A stretch of DNA of 63,716 nt, filler included, from Kipferlia bialata (taxonomy: Eukaryota), in the NCBI GenBank assembly GCA_003568945.1. It is 3 parts of 3 records of this genome, joined end to end, with 100 filler letters (N's around TTAATTAATTAA, not from the genome) between each part and the next. Parts side by side here need not be neighbours in the genome. Positions count along the whole stretch, not along the records: positions 46,400 to 63,716 come from BDIP01000320.1; 2 more parts are not named here. One strand, 5' to 3'. How positions within the stretch are numbered: the stretch's first letter is position 1; every line of letters starts with the position of its first letter. A model generated the notes under the pieces. That model worked only from the letters and a program-made list of their open reading frames with translations, was not told the origin of the DNA and made no database searches. Position numbers and translations under genes: made by a program. Shown here one piece after another: positions 47,181 through 62,600 of the stretch.

Positions 47181-49727
47181 TTAGAAGAAGCCTCCGAAGC
47201 CTCCCTTCTTTTGGCCTGGGGGTGAGTGGATAGGTAGGTAGTAGTATGTAGGTGGAGTGAGTCACAGCAACAGGCAAAATGATAGTCCCAGTACCATTGG
47301 CATCCATAATATCTGGTACATATAATAGACATATACCCTACCTCCGCCCATCATGTTCATCATCCCACCCATCATTCCACCCATCATCCCGCCCATGCCG
47401 CCCTGGGGCTGAGGGTGAGTGTTAGGGGGGATATGTTAACTACACTATCCAGCATATCAGGTATCGATATATATATGTGTATCTGTCAAACAATACCTGC
47501 TGCTGCTGCTGGGAAAGTATGATTTATTAGTATTGGTAGTATATATATTAGAAGTATACAATAGTAATATGTCTATAATGGCATATGCATAATGTATACC
47601 TCCTGCTGCTGCTGGGGTGGCTGCTGTCCGTACCCAGGCTGGGGGGCCTGGCCATACTGGGGGTCAGGATGGATAGGGTAAGTATAGGGACATAACACTG
47701 TAACATGTCATATACAGTGTATTCACATTGTGCACCACTCAATACACTCCACAAGTAATATAAGTACCTGCTGGGGTGGCTGCTGTATCAGTATCAGTAT
47801 CATAATCAGTATGAGAAGTATCCATATATACCTGCTGGGGTGGCTGCTGGCCATATCCCTGGGGTGGGGCCTGGCCGTACTATGGTTAGAGCGAGTCTAG
47901 ATACGCGCGTGATATTCAAAGTATACAAAGTACACACGGAGCAACACACAACACAACACTGAATGAATATGCAAGTTATCGCTCTGAATATGTATCAACG
48001 ACTCAGATGTACCTGAGGTGGCTGCTGTCCGTATCCCTGCTGGGGAGGGAAGCCTAGGGGTGGGATGGTAGTATAGTGACTGAACAAATTGAGGCACCTA
48101 CTGTATCATGCTATAGAAGTATCACAATGTATTAATCCACTTCCACCTACCTCCCTGCTTAGGTGGCTGACCGTATCCCTGCTGGGGTGGGGCCTGGCCG
48201 TACTGACGGTGAGGGGAAGGAAGAGGTCAGTTACATACTATACTAGCACTGTACTATCTAAATGGGATACAATACTACTACAACGTATACTGGGGCCACG
48301 CACCTGAGGTGGCTGCTGTCCAGTACCAGTATCTGATACTGATACTAACTATATACATATGGTATGTACCTGAGGTGGCTGCTGTCCATATGCCTGCTGG
48401 GGCTGCTGGTTGTAGCCCTGGGGTGAGTATATGTATATACATATATATTAATATATATATATATATATAGTTATATATAAATTTATATACAGACAGAGAT
48501 TGGGGTGCAGGGACAAGTAACATATCATACTCTTACACACTATAATGATCGTACATATATATAGTACACACACATATATCCTAAATACTCACCTGAGGGG
48601 GTGCCTGTCCGTATCCCTGCTGGGGAGGGGCCTGGGGGTCAGAGGGAATATACTAACATATCACATATACACACTCTATAACAATACCTGCTGCTGCTGA
48701 GGTGGCTGCTGTCCCATGCCTCCCATCATACCCCCCATCATATTCTGCATACCACCCATCATACCGCCCATCATACCACCCATCATACCACCCATGCCTC
48801 CCATACCCTGAGGGTTGGACTGGGGGTTGGACTGAGGCTGACCCATGCCCTGAGAGTGAGGGGGGATAGAGAGAGAGAGGGAGCGGGATAGAGGACTTGG
48901 GCATACCTGACCCATGCCCATGCCCTGGGGCTGAGACTGAGGCACATCAGGCACCTGGGGAATCAGCAGAGAGACGGACAGAGTGACACATATAATGCAA
49001 TTTTCCACATTCATATGTATACGTATGCCCACCTTGGACACTGCGATGCCTGCGTTGGCGTACTCCTGGTCCTTGGCCTTCTGGGCCATCTGCATCATGC
49101 CACCCATCATGCCTGGGGGGAGGGTATGTATAGGCTATACAATACATATGTATATATAAATATATATGGTGTATAGTCATCTGCATCATGCCGCCCATCA
49201 TGCCTGGGGGGAGTATATTATACATACACATACATATACAATGGAAGATAGAGACAGTGATGAATGAGTATATAATTGAGGGTCATCTGCATCATACCAC
49301 CCATCATGCGTGGGGTCAGTGCAGGATAGACTGGGGAGGATTAGTGTATGGTATACTATACATATGTATATATACATATACATGGTGTATAGTCCATCTG
49401 CATCATGCCTGAGGTCAGGGCAGCATAGAGTGCAGACTACATACACACAATACCATTACTACACATATATGCCATGGTCCTGGGGGAAGAGTACATATAC
49501 ATAACAGAGTGCACATGCATTGAGTATCCCTTACCTCCCACTCCTCCTCCGAACATGCCCCCCATGACGGCAGCCCCAACCTTGGCCTCGGCCTCATACC
49601 TTAGGGGGTGAGGGTAGGAAGGTATATATACACTGTATACACACACACATATATATATATCTACATATAGTAACCTTGGCCTCGGCCTCATAGCTTAGGG
49701 GGTGAGGGAAGGACGGTATATATACAC

Positions 49728-49759
<32 letters not shown>

Positions 49760-52700
49760 GTAACCTTGGCCTCGGCCTCATAGCTTAGGGGGTGAGGGCA
49801 GGAGGGTATATGCAATGTAAAGGCACCTATAACTATTGGTTCCACTTTGCCCTCCTTTCTGCTGAGTTCTCCAGAGCACTACATATCTCTCACTACCATA
49901 TACAGAAATACATATACATACAATACCTACCTCGCCCTCCTATCCGCTGGGTACTCTATTGCACTATCAATCTATCATACTATAATAGATTAGTAATATA
50001 CATACTATACATGACTCTACCTCGCCCTCCTATCTGCTGGGTTCTCCAGACCACTATCAGTCTCTCTATATATATCTATATATATATATACAATGTATAC
50101 CTCGCCCTCCTATCTGCTGGGTTCTCAAGGGCATTGAGCCTGGCCTCCACCATCTCAGGGATCAGCATCCACATCTTGAGGGTCTCCTGCACATCAGTGC
50201 ATGGTATATCTATATACACACATCATATACATGAATGTACATCTTGAGGGTCTCCTGCACATCAGTGAGGGAAATTCCTTAGACGTATGTACATAGCGTG
50301 TCTGTACATAAAAAAACACATCTACCGTACCAGCCTGTCGTTTCTGATGCTCTTGTGTGTGCCTGAACTGGCAACAGCAATGGCAGACAGGAAGGCATCG
50401 GCTGGGGTAAGAGACCCGAATATGCAGAGTTCAATATCTATTTGTAGAAGACATATGTATATGTGACACATTTCATCAATGGCTATGGCAGAGAGGAAGG
50501 CATCGGCTAGATATCAGTTAAAAATATCAATAGTTGCCACTTGATGTGCAATATAGTCTTCTTCAAACACATATTAATATGTACATAACCCACCCTTTGC
50601 ACTCCCACTGAGGAGGTTGTAGGTGTGGATGGTGATGCCCTGGCACTCAGACCTGGGGGGTGAGGATGGAGAGAGACAACAGTGTATGTCACACACTCAA
50701 TACAAAAGCTCCACCCTACCTCACGAACTGCTCTATCCCAGCTATGGATGTGATGCCTGTTCCTGGCTCTCCGTCTGACAGCAGGTGGATCTCAGTGGGA
50801 CGGAGGGCAAGGGCCCCACGCAGACCTGCCTCTGAAGGGGTTAGAGGTGAGTCGTGAAATATAGGAAAACACACTACGTCAACATATCCCCAAACAGAGA
50901 AGTCAGTGGAGTCTGAAGCATAAAGTCTCCGAGAGTATGATAGAAGCTATGATATGTATATGAACATGTATATAATTGTGGCACCATACCGATGTTTGTC
51001 CCGCCGCCGGGGGCAATGCCACCCTGTGACAGGAAGCAGTTGACGGCATTCTGGGGTAGGTGTCAGTTCGATAGGTACCAGTAAGCAGTAGTGTCAATAA
51101 CAGTACCTATATACTATAATATACCCCCTCTACCTTGTTGATTCCGTTGAGTGGGACCAGTCCCCCCTGGGTGTAGTCCCAGGGGTGGGCAGAGGCGTTG
51201 AAGGCAACGATGCCTGGGGTGAGATACATTGTAGTACATATAGTATATATATGTGTGTGTATGTGCATGTATGGGCAGAGGCGTTGAAGGCAACAATGCC
51301 TGGGGTGGGGGGAATGGGGGGTACGTGGAAATACTTATACACATGGAAACAATACGCATATACATATCTGAGGTCTCTCCTCCCTAACGACCATGCGGGC
51401 AAACTAGTCACACATTGAATATATCTACTGTAAACACACACTACACCCTAGATACACACCTATCTGCTGCCTCTCGTCCATCTGGGTCATGAGTGTCCTG
51501 AGGGACTGCTCAACCAGGTTGGCACGGGTCCAGACCCTAAGTGTCAGTGTAAGTGGTATCATCAGTATCAGTATAGAGTGAGACAATGTTGATTGAGAGA
51601 CACTAAAAGGAATGTATGTATAAATATACATATACATATATATTAACCCACCTCCCGTCGAGTGTCTGCCTCTCTGCCATGGACCCACTCTTGTCAAAGG
51701 ATAATTAGGATGTATACTTATAGATATATATATATATATAAATACATATAACATACCTGCCATCGAGTGTCTGCCTCTCTGCCATGGACCCACTCTTGTC
51801 AATCACAAACACCACACGCTCACCGGTCACAGGCTGGAAAACCTAGGGGGTCAGAGTAGTAATCCCAATATACAACACAGTATTAGATCTACATGTGCGA
51901 TAATACGCTACATACCTGGATACCGCAGTCCCTGACACAGAGTGGCTGGTCCAGTACAGTCTGGCAGTGGGTGAAACGCTCATCGTCGCCCTCGTCCTAT
52001 AGGTAAGGGGAGGGGAGGCGGAAGAGACCACTGAGTCACCACATATGACATGTTCTGGTGCACAAACTCCGTTCACACTCCATATATACCGTGTAGTATA
52101 TCAATGTAGTAACATATCCCACTCACCAGCACCCCCTTGACGATCTCTGGGTCGTGTGTCTTGGTGGTACGCACAAACTCACATAGCTGGGGTCAGGAAG
52201 AGAGAGGGTGTATATACGGAATATATGCACCAACAATGTTACCAATACTCACTAAGACATCACTACTACTTACCTTGAGTGCGTCGACCCTTGCTATGGG
52301 TGTGGGGAGGTTCTCCTTCAGGAACAGGGCTGGGGGTGGGATACGGATGTTGACAGTAGGCATACATGTATATGTATACTATACCAAACTCCTCTCCTTC
52401 AGGAACAGGGCTGGGGGTAGACAGACAGAGATACAATACACATATATGTATACGTTCTAAGTACTAATAGATACACCACCCAATCTCCTTCAGGAATAGG
52501 GCTGGGGGTGGGGATATATATAGGGATACTGTCTAAATATATATATTATGTACAAATATTGAAAATGCGTGTATACCCACCGAAGTCAGTGATGTCTCCC
52601 ATATGACAGGTATCTATTTATACGTGAAAAGATACTTGACAGGGATGTAATTAAATAATATATACCACCAACCCAGGTCTGTGATGTCTCCCCAATAGGA

Positions 52701-53400
52701 TGGCATATATATGTGACATGGATGTCATAATATACTTGAATATATATCACCCACCCAGGTCTCTGATTCTCTGATGATGGCAGGTATTAATATATATATA
52801 TCTACATGACTATATACATATACATGCTACCCATATGTACTCTGCTTCGTACCCAGGTCTGTGATGTCCCCCCCCCCCAGATAATGACACGTATATATAT
52901 ATATACTTATGAATATATATATACATGCTACCCTATATAATATGTACCACCCACCCAGGTCTGTGATGTCCCCCCCCGAGGATGGCAGAAGGTGTCTGAC
53001 CAGCATCTCAGTGGCATCAATCAGGAAGTCATTGCCGTCCTGGCATTAGAATATGACATTCATATTATACACAGTCACATATAAACACCCATCCACACCT
53101 TGAGTGGCTCGAGCAGGTCCACATAAATACACTGTTACATATGCGTATATTGAAATTGATATCACATACACATATATACCTTGAGTGGCTCTAGCAGGTA
53201 CAGCAGCTGTCCCAGTGTGATGCCGCACTTGTCCTGTGTGGACAGGTAGGAGGCAAACTCCTTGACCCTATGGTGGGTGAGGTATATATCAAAAATGAAT
53301 ACACACCATATACATATATTGTAAGAGGTAGGAGGTAAACTCCTTGACACCGGGGTGAGTACTGTGTGTGGATGTGTGGAAGAGCAGTACCTAAAAGGAG
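47181..53400 (-). CDS. von Willebrand factor A domain protein with Gly/Met/Gln/Pro/Tyr low-complexity tail (multi-exon, 5' end uncertain)
   Basis: VVFVIDKSGSM (MIDAS DxSxS, about 51780-51815), GIVAFN, GGGTNI, IHLLSDGEP, IHTYNL. The tail has GGMMGG and GYGQQPPQ repeats and ends GQKKGGFGGFF-TAA at 47181. Confidence 0.8.
52578..52980 (-). repeat. About 5 copies of exon end + donor (GDITDL|g) in a vWA-gene intron
   Basis: On the + strand, cccaggtctgtgatgtc-like units occur near 52582 (degenerate), 52672, 52754, 52852 and 52954. Confidence 0.8.
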
Positions 53401-53471
53401 AGTGGGGAGGACACTAAGCTTACTCGAGACCAAGTGAGTATAGTGAATAGGACTAGAAATGTGGGTTCGAT

Positions 53472-53490
53472 GGCGGGGGGGGGGGGCGGG

Positions 53491-53525
<35 letters not shown>
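53472..53525. repeat. Poly-G tract between the membrane-protein gene and the vWA gene
   Basis: About 50 nt, almost entirely G. Confidence 0.9.
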
Positions 53526-53526
<1 letters not shown>

Positions 53527-53634
53527 ATTGGAGTGGTATGCATATCACAAGTATCAAAGGTAGTTCGGACACAAAGACTATAAGAAGAACCACAACAACC
53601 AGCAGAGATAGATACAACAAACAGCCCATACCGG

Positions 53635-56600
53635 ACACGCATGGCCCCGTGGGTGGGCAGACCGAACTCATCGTAGTGGATGATGGCCCCTAGGGACTCG
53701 GAGAGTCTCTCTCCCTCTGAGGGCTGGAGTAAGGTGAGGCAAAGACACAATGACACACAAATGAAGAGAGTCGGTCTTGCAAGTGGCGATGAAACCGAAT
53801 GCCGACCCACCTCTCTCTCCCTCCGGATATCCTCTCCGTACACCCCAGTGTCCCTCTGGTACAGGGTCTCGAAGGGAATGGACTCTCCGTACCTAGAGTG
53901 AGAGACAGGCCATGCACACCCCACCCCAATACGAAGCTAACCAGGGCAGCATCATACGTCACATCCTGTGTCTATATAATACACATATGTACATATACAC
54001 ACACCTCTCCTCCAGTGCATGGAATGTGGCAGCTGAGCACAGAGAGGGGTCAGGGAACTCAGCAGCAACCTGTGATGAGACAGAATGAAAGAATGAAAGG
54101 CAAGTCCAACGAGGAATACTACACGATACCTTTCTGGGCAGAAGGGATGCCTCTGCGATGACGTCTGTGTCGTACTTGAGACGGAACAGCTGCCCGTCGT
54201 GCTTCTGCAGGTTAGGAAGGGGATGGGGAGGGGGGGGGGGGCAGGTGTAAGGCAGTGTGACACCGTGTCTCCCACCTTATCAGTCTCTGCCTCAACCTCC
54301 GTGCGCCTCTTGCTCCTAGACTGCTCATTGACGTCAGTGACTGTCAGAGGGGGCACATTGGAGGTGCTGCAGAAGACAAAGGAGGTGGTCACACGCTGAG
54401 GGTTAAGAGAGGTGTCAGTGAAAATATAGGAATGTTTGGGGAATATGTGTCGTTTCTTTGTTGCATGCACTATAAATGCACTGACCCACCAATACATCCA
54501 TCATAGAGAATCATACCCACCTGGTACCCTATGGGGATGGACAGAGCGTCCTTGGCAGCCTCGTGCTGCACACGCCTGCTGAAGACAACGGACCTGGGTT
54601 AGAGGGGGGGCAGCGGGGTTAGTCATAGACAACCATCATTGTTGTGAAGCTACAGTCCCAGTAAACAAGTATGCCGATACTCACTTCATCTTGCCCTTGG
54701 CGTCTCTCCTCTCACTGAGCGTGTACTGGGGCAGGGGAAACAGGTCGTCAGAGGCAGTCTCCCTGGCCTGACATGTGAGATCATATATGAGACGTACACA
54801 TGAGTCTAGACACCGAGGGAATAGAGACCGGGACACTCTTGACACACTCATCCCCACCCACCTGTCTCCTGATCCTGACTGCCGCTGCCCTGTTGACCCC
54901 ACTCAGCATGTTGAGGCCGGTCCCTAGGTTGTATCTGGGGTGAGGGTTCCATACCACAGAGGCACATACATATCAGCTGGAAGTATATGACATAAGACAG
55001 TATATACGCACCCATCGGCTCTGCTGTCCTCCTCTGTGGTGCTGTGTGGGTGCCTCTCCGAGTCAGACCTCCCATACTCCGATGCCTCACTGTCCGGCAT
55101 ATCATTGGGGGTGCCCTCGGAGGTAGCGGAGTCTGCACTGTACCCCTCCTCAGTCTGAGACCCGCTGGCAGACTCGCCCATCTCGTCTGGGGTCAGAGGG
55201 GGGGGGGTGGAGGGGGTAGAGACTCCCAATACCCATGTCTCACCTGGGATGTCGACGTTGACTGAGCTCTCTGAGTCCTCTCCCCCATCGTGCACTGCGG
55301 TGTGGTACTCCTCCCTCTTGAGGTAGCCACGCCTGGGATGAAACAGGTACCACACAAGCCATCAAGGGCATATTGTATTGAAACTCGAAGGCATACCTGT
55401 CCCTTGCCGGCAGGATGCGGCCCATCTTGGGAAGGTCGAATGCCATTCCCAGTCTGACGCTCCCCTGCTTGGGGCCTGGGGTAAGTATATATATGAGTAT
55501 CCAAGGGGAGTGGAGGGTATCATGGCACCAAAGATGCAGACACCGCCCCCACCTGGCAGCTTGGGTTTGTCCACGGTGTTGGTGAAGATGGTGAACTCAG
55601 CAGCAGCCTGGGGTGGGACACGGGTAAAGAAAACATAGACAGCATAGACAGCGTAGCAAGGGATGCACTCCGCACTCCTCCTGCCACAGTATATAGTATA
55701 TAGTATATAGTACCGACCACCTCACCTCGTTGTCCTCATCGTCGGCCAGAATGACACGCTTGGCAGTAGTGAAGACGCAGTTGCAGGTGTCCAGCTAGGG
55801 TGAGGCAGAATACATGATGTCTAGCAGTCACCACATCCCCCCTACCTGACTGAACTCTGCCAGGTGCACCCTTCTGAGGCCCTGGGAGGTGGTGCTAGCT
55901 GCCATGACTCCAAAGAGCACAACGCCCTTAGACACAGACTTCTGGGGGTCAGGAACCACATGCATATGTCAATATGGACACATTCATAGAACCACTTACC
56001 TCAAAGGCAAACTTGTATGCGGGGCCGTAACGCTCAGCCCTATCAATCTGAGTGGGTCTGATGTATAGTGCGTGACTCATGAACTTGTTCTGGATGGGGA
56101 ACGCCAGCTTGACGAAGAAGGCGTTCAGGACCTGGCATTAGAAAGTGTGAGTATCAGTGGGCGGCATGGCAAGAGTATGCAGACACACACAAATAGAGGG
56201 GACTACTAGAGTAGATACCAACCTTGGCAAAGAACTGCCTTCCCTTGGAGACCTCGAGGTCATCGGACACCGTGCTGTCCTGGGGGTGAGGAGACAGAGG
56301 TCCCACCATATATACATAGCCCGATAGCCCACTTCTCTGTATCCAATCGCCGCAATACCTGCTCCCTGGTGATGTGGCTGTTGAGCACGTGGATGAGGTC
56401 TCTCTGTACCTCGGGGTCGGCTGTCATGGTCTCATACAGAAGGGTGTTCCTAGGGGTCAGACGCAGAGGGAGAGTGGATGCAGTCACCACCCGACACTGT
56501 GTGGTATAGTAGTGTGCACATGCCCACCTGGATGACACTGGGAGTGTGGCCATGTCGGACAGGGGGACCAGGGCACCCCGGGTGGTCTCTTCCGTGTACT

Positions 56601-59600
56601 CGGTGTGTACCCCCTCGCCCTCCTCCTCGTCCACAACCTCACGCACTGCGGCATTCCCTGCAACGCTCTGGAGTCAGGGTCTACACAACACCCAAGGACA
56701 ATAAATTACATACAACAGTGATTCTCCACACACAGCAACGGCAGTCACCGAACCGCACCTTCTTGACCTGCTCGACGTCGTCCTCTGGGAACTGGTTGTG
56801 CCAGGGTCTGTATGGGATGGGGAAGTGGTACTCCTTGGTGCCCAGCATACGGGTCAGCCTGGGGGTCAGAGGGTATAGCACCCCAAACACACCTTCAACT
56901 GACTAACCATACAGCATGCACCTTATCTATATATATATATGTATATATATGTATATATATGTGTGAGTACGCACCTGATGGCCGAGGCCTGCTGCTTCAG
57001 CTTGACAGCCAGGGCAGCCAGCAGCTGGGCACGGCAGATCAGCTCGGCAAGGGTGAGGTCGAGGAACCCTGGCGTAAGGACAGTACAGGCAACACACTTA
57101 TATACAAATATCTAGCCTGACCTGTGATGTCCTCGGACTCCTCGATCTCCCCTGAGTTGACAAGCACATCCCTCAGGGTCAGGTCCACAGACTGGGCCTG
57201 GAACCCAGCGTGCACCAGGATCTGTTCGGGAAGCAGCAGAACAAGGGTGGAGGTGATACCCAGGAGCTCCCACCTGCACGTCAGACTACACGGATATGTT
57301 ATATGAATACAAATACATATGTATATGTAGTACACAAGTCCTCACATTGCAATGACGATACTCCTCAGTGAGACTGTGAGGTCAGACCAGTTGTAGGACA
57401 GCGACACCAGGGAGGGCGCCATCTGGCACGCATTGACAACTGCAGCATCGGTTCTGGAGGGTGGGTGGGTGGTTAATGTGGATACAGGATCAAGCGGTAT
57501 TAGGATATACATGTATCTACATATGGCAGAGTGTATCCCACCTGGACTCGAGCACTGACAAGTCGTCACTGTCCATGGCCAGCAGCTGTCTCTGGATGCG
57601 CCGGGGGATGCTGGAGATGAGTGTGCTGGACCACATAGACACAGGAGAAGAGAAGCCCTGTGAACAGCATACATATAAATATGTATTGCACTACACCCAC
57701 CGAGTGAGGTCTGGGGCCAGGCACAGCTCTGCGGCCACAGCGTGCTGGTGGGCATGGGGACACATGTGCTCAAAGAACCTGAGGGTGAGGCATGGGAAGT
57801 GGGAAATGGAACACGGTGTATAGACACACAGAGTATATGTACTATATATAGTATATATACGTACTCGTGCAGCAGTGCCTCAGCACAGAGTGCAGCAGAC
57901 ACGGCGGGGGTGATGGGGAATGTGATACCGATCAGGACAGACAGCCTGTCGGTGGCGGGATCGAAGGAAGACAGGGCGCTGGGGTGAGGATGAGGACGTA
58001 TGGTGATACGCTAATATGATGCTGATACTTATGAACACCCCACCTGAAGTTGGCGCTCTTGATGAAGTGGAAGCCATTGAAGTCGGTGGGGGAGTATCTG
58101 AACCGGTCAGCTCCCGACTTGTCACCTGCGATCAGAGGATATGTGGAGGGGGGGTTGTATGTATGTATGTATATATGAATGTACGTATATATCGGAGTGT
58201 CCTCACCGTCGGGCACTCTGACCCCGGTCTCATCCCAGACTGGGGACTTGAACGACATGGCCCGGGCATCTACCAGGAACACCTGCACCCTTCTGCTAGT
58301 GAACATGTGCAGCACACAGCTAGGGAGGGTGGCGGTGTTGCCCTCGAAGCCGATGGTGACTGTCTCGTCGAAGTGCTCCATGGCAATGCGGGCAGCCTGG
58401 GGTGAGAGGGTGGCCATACACACGACACTCACAAGCGACAGTGGGAACCCCAACCCATGCAGCACCCACCTGCCCCACCCCTCTGTCCGCTGGGGGTACT
58501 CTGTCGACCACACTCTGGAAGGCACCCATCACAACGATGGAGCGGAGACAGTCGTAGTGGGCCCTGGCCAGGAGGATCGAGATGGCCACGCCCGTCTGGG
58601 AGGAGGGGGACACCTGGGGGGAGTGGGGTAGAAGGAGTGTAATACATAGAGGAGGAATAACACAGTAGAACCCATACACTGCCGGGTGAATACGGTATGT
58701 GATGCACTCACCACAATGGGGTGGGCGTTGAGGGCCACGTTTCTGAACAGCGAGTCCAGAACGGCCTTGACAGCCACCGAGGGACCCCTGTCAGCCAGGG
58801 CGTCCATCAGTTCGGGTACGGGCTGGGGTCAGAGGGGAGAGACAGGTGGTTAGGTACCAAATAGTACACAGTACACCATGACCCATACCTTCTTATGAGA
58901 CCCATCGGTGAAGGGGTCCTGCATGAAGCGGCCCCTCTCCAGCCTCTCGAAGTCGTGCATGAACTCTCCTGAAGGTAAGATGAGAGGGTATGCTATCCTC
59001 CTACACTCAAATTGACGAAAGTATACCGACGATCCACAAATTGACACGCACCTGGCCACCCGACCCATCTCTGGCCACATGTGATGGCCCCTGCGGCATT
59101 GAGGGCCCCTGCCATGGCAGACTGGGCTGGGGGTGAGGGGGGGGGGGTGCTATCACCGGGTGAGATGACGTGCCTGCAATGAGGGTCTCCTCGTGTAGAG
59201 TGTTCTTGACCCCGTCTAGGTATCTGTGGGCCTCTCCCTGGGGGTCCTCTTCCTCCTCGGCATCCCTCTGGGCCTCGTGTAGCACCTGGGCGGTAAGCAT
59301 CACATTTACGAAAAATAGGGGTACTTGTAAGCGGTTGTGAAGAGATGAACACTATGAATGCGGCGTCTCACCTCCATCTCCTTGAACGTGGCCAGCAGCC
59401 TGTTGAGGTGGATGTTGGACACAAAGTATGACACCCACCCACCCACCAGGGGGGCCAGACAGGCAAAGGATGGGTCATACCTGGGGGGTCAGCAGGGAAT
59501 GAAATAGGTATATCATTCTCACTATCACGTACATGTAGGACACAAAGAGTGATATGGGGATGGCGCTCAGGGCGGCCATCTTCATCGAGGCACTGGCGTG

Positions 59601-62600
59601 GGACACATAGTCCACGGAGAGGTTGAGGGCAAAGTTCAACTGGCCCAGGGCAAGGCCTGCGTGAGTGGATATCCCATAGTCATGAGGGGGTTGTAGACAT
59701 ATCAGTTGAATACCTGCATATCCGAAGATCTCGATGAGCGTGATGAGGGCAAAGCCACTGACGAGGGGCAGACCGAGGGCCTGGGTCAGAAGAGAGGAAG
59801 CACTCATGAAACATAAATACTCATAGCCCCAATGAACACGTGTAATGCCGCAATGTGAGTGCCGCGTTCCCCCACCTGCTGTCCGATGAGGAGGGTCACG
59901 ACGAGGAACACGAGGAAGGCCACCACAATCACAACAGTGGTGGTGCGTCTCTCACGCTGGTAGAGCTGTGCGATGTTGCGACCCCTAGACATGAGTGGAC
60001 AAACTACATAGTGCTCAGGTATACATGGTACATACGAGCAGACGGATAGACCATTGGCAAAGGGTCACAGGTGTACTCACCTTGCAATAAGCAGAGTCTC
60101 AAGTGATGCGGAGCGGATGCCAGCGGCAACGGTACCCTCACTTCCCTCTGACGTAAGTATTATAATACAAACGCAGATGATTCTCACCAAACACATATAT
60201 ATATATATATATATATACCGCTCCATACCAGGCCTGAGCCTTCTGAAGGGCTGTGTGCCCTCGTTGGCCTCCCCATGGGCACAATCACTGCTCTCTCCTA
60301 TGGTGGAGGCGACCAGCGAGTTGACGAATTGCTGTGGTCAGAGGGATATGCGGTACCAGAGAATGAGAATGACCAGTTCGCACCTGGATCCTGCGTCTGG
60401 TGGGCTCGAGGTTGGCGAGCACCACAATGAGGAAGAAGAGGGAGAGAGTCACTCCCACGTTGTACTCCTGGTTGTTCACATAGGCCTCAGAGGTGGTCGT
60501 GACAAGCCTAGCGGTGAGGGAGCAGCGGCACACAGCAAGATATATAGGCACAAAGACTGTGGGAATGCATGGCACCTGTCAGCGATTGTGGGGAAAAACT
60601 CCACTAGCTGGACAGGCAGGGACCGGATCAGTGACTCAATGCCAGTCTGGGGGTCAGTGGCAGGTGGTATATGCAGAAGAGTGGCACTACGGTATCTGTA
60701 CCTGGATGAGTCTGACCAGCCTGTCTGACAGCAGCACCAGGTAGAACCAGAAGGACAGGCCCATGTTGTCAGCAGCCTGGGGTAAGGGGGGGGGGGGGCA
60801 TTGATACACTGACTAGCCTAGAGCACATACCCTCTGGTAGAGTGTGCCACCCCTGTACAGGGTGTCGGCTGCAGTCTTGATGCGGAACTTGGAGGAAGCC
60901 TCGCTGTAGGTTAGAACACATCCATGGGAGACGAGAAGTGAGACAGAGAGACTGCGTGATACGTGCTGTCTTCTCACTCCTGATACACAGATCTTCACCT
61001 GATGTTGGAGTACCAGTTCTCTGTGAACTTTCCGGGTAGTTCCTGTGCATTCAGAATGCAGAACCAGGTCAGAAGGCGCTCCTGAGGTCAGGCACCAGGT
61101 GGCGGAGTACAATAGACATTATATGTACCTCGTAATAGAGAGAGTATATACCTCGTGTGGGGATGACTTGACGGCCTTGAGGGGGGTCTCCCAGAATGCC
61201 TTGGGTAGCACAATACGGTCCCCGTTGTCGAACACCCCTGGCCATCAGTCGAGTGGGAACACACATAGTGATTATACATTGACGGTACACTGTCTATAAC
61301 AGGCATCAAGCAGGATTCATCACCTACAGGGCTCCTTGACAGCCATCCCAGCTTCTGGAACCTGGCGGCTGTGACGTGGTTACAAGCAGCACCGAACATC
61401 CGGTATGCGGCTGCAATGGCCATCTGTCTCTGCCTGGCTGCGGCCAAGGAGGCAACAGAGGTGGAGAGGACAGAGGGGTCCAGGGTGTTGTCGGGCATCT
61501 GTCGGTCAGTACAGGGTGTATATAATAGTATATATATACGGGTAAGAGAGCTGATGCCACTGGTCCACCCACCTGCAGCCACTGCTTCAGGTACCAGGCC
61601 CTGATGGTGTCGGGGGTACCTGAGGGTGAGGCATAGAAAGAGGTGTCATATAGATATCATATATCCTAGAGTCTGAAACTATATACCCTTGCAGGGGATG
61701 GCGGGAAGGTTAGTAGGAAGGGGGGCTCTCTCCTCTTCCTCCTCCTCCTCCTCCTCAGGACGGTCCATCTGCACTATCAGATCGGAGCTCTCCTCCTCCT
61801 GAGCAGTGCCTGACTGGGTCTGAGACCCACTGCCCCTGGCACTGCCACTGGCACTGCCGGAGGTCTCCTCGGAAGAAGACTCAGGCTCAGAGCTGAGTGT
61901 CAGCAGTACTCACAAACACATATAAATGGATCCTACGACTGTAACGACAACATATCCAAGAAGGCAATATATAGAACAATATATAAAACATACTAAGGAG
62001 CTGCACCGACAGACATATATATATATACCTATCGTCTCCCAGTAGGCCGCCCTGGCTAGTCTCTTCCTGGGTGGCCTGGAAGAGAGGCAGGACCTGTGGT
62101 GGGGGGCAGGGTGGAGAACGATTGAGAAGGTAGAGGAGAGTGGGACATTACAACCACAGACAGGTACCTGCTGGCTGTACCAGTCGATGACGTCGTCAGG
62201 GGATATGCTGTCGATGCGGAAGAAGGAGTTGCGAAGACCTGGGTGGTTAGGGGTGGATGAGAGAAACAGGAGAATTCAGACACTCACTCACCAGCGTTGA
62301 GAACCCAGAAGCCTACTATGAAGGACAGGGACCCAAGGGCCAGCACTATAGTGACAAGATAGTCGATGAGGTCCTCGGGGAGAATGAGCACCAGCAGGTA
62401 TGTGACAACGGTCATCACAAGCACTGGGGTCAGAGGCAGAGACATATACCTGCATAGTGTACATAAATAGTGTACAGGTAGAGGTGCCATTTGAACGCAC
62501 CCGTTGTCAGCAGCCAGATGCCGTTGGACAGGGTCATGATGGGTCTCACAGCTGACAGCTCGTTAATGGTGGCGCCGTCCTGGGGTGGGAACCAGAGTGC

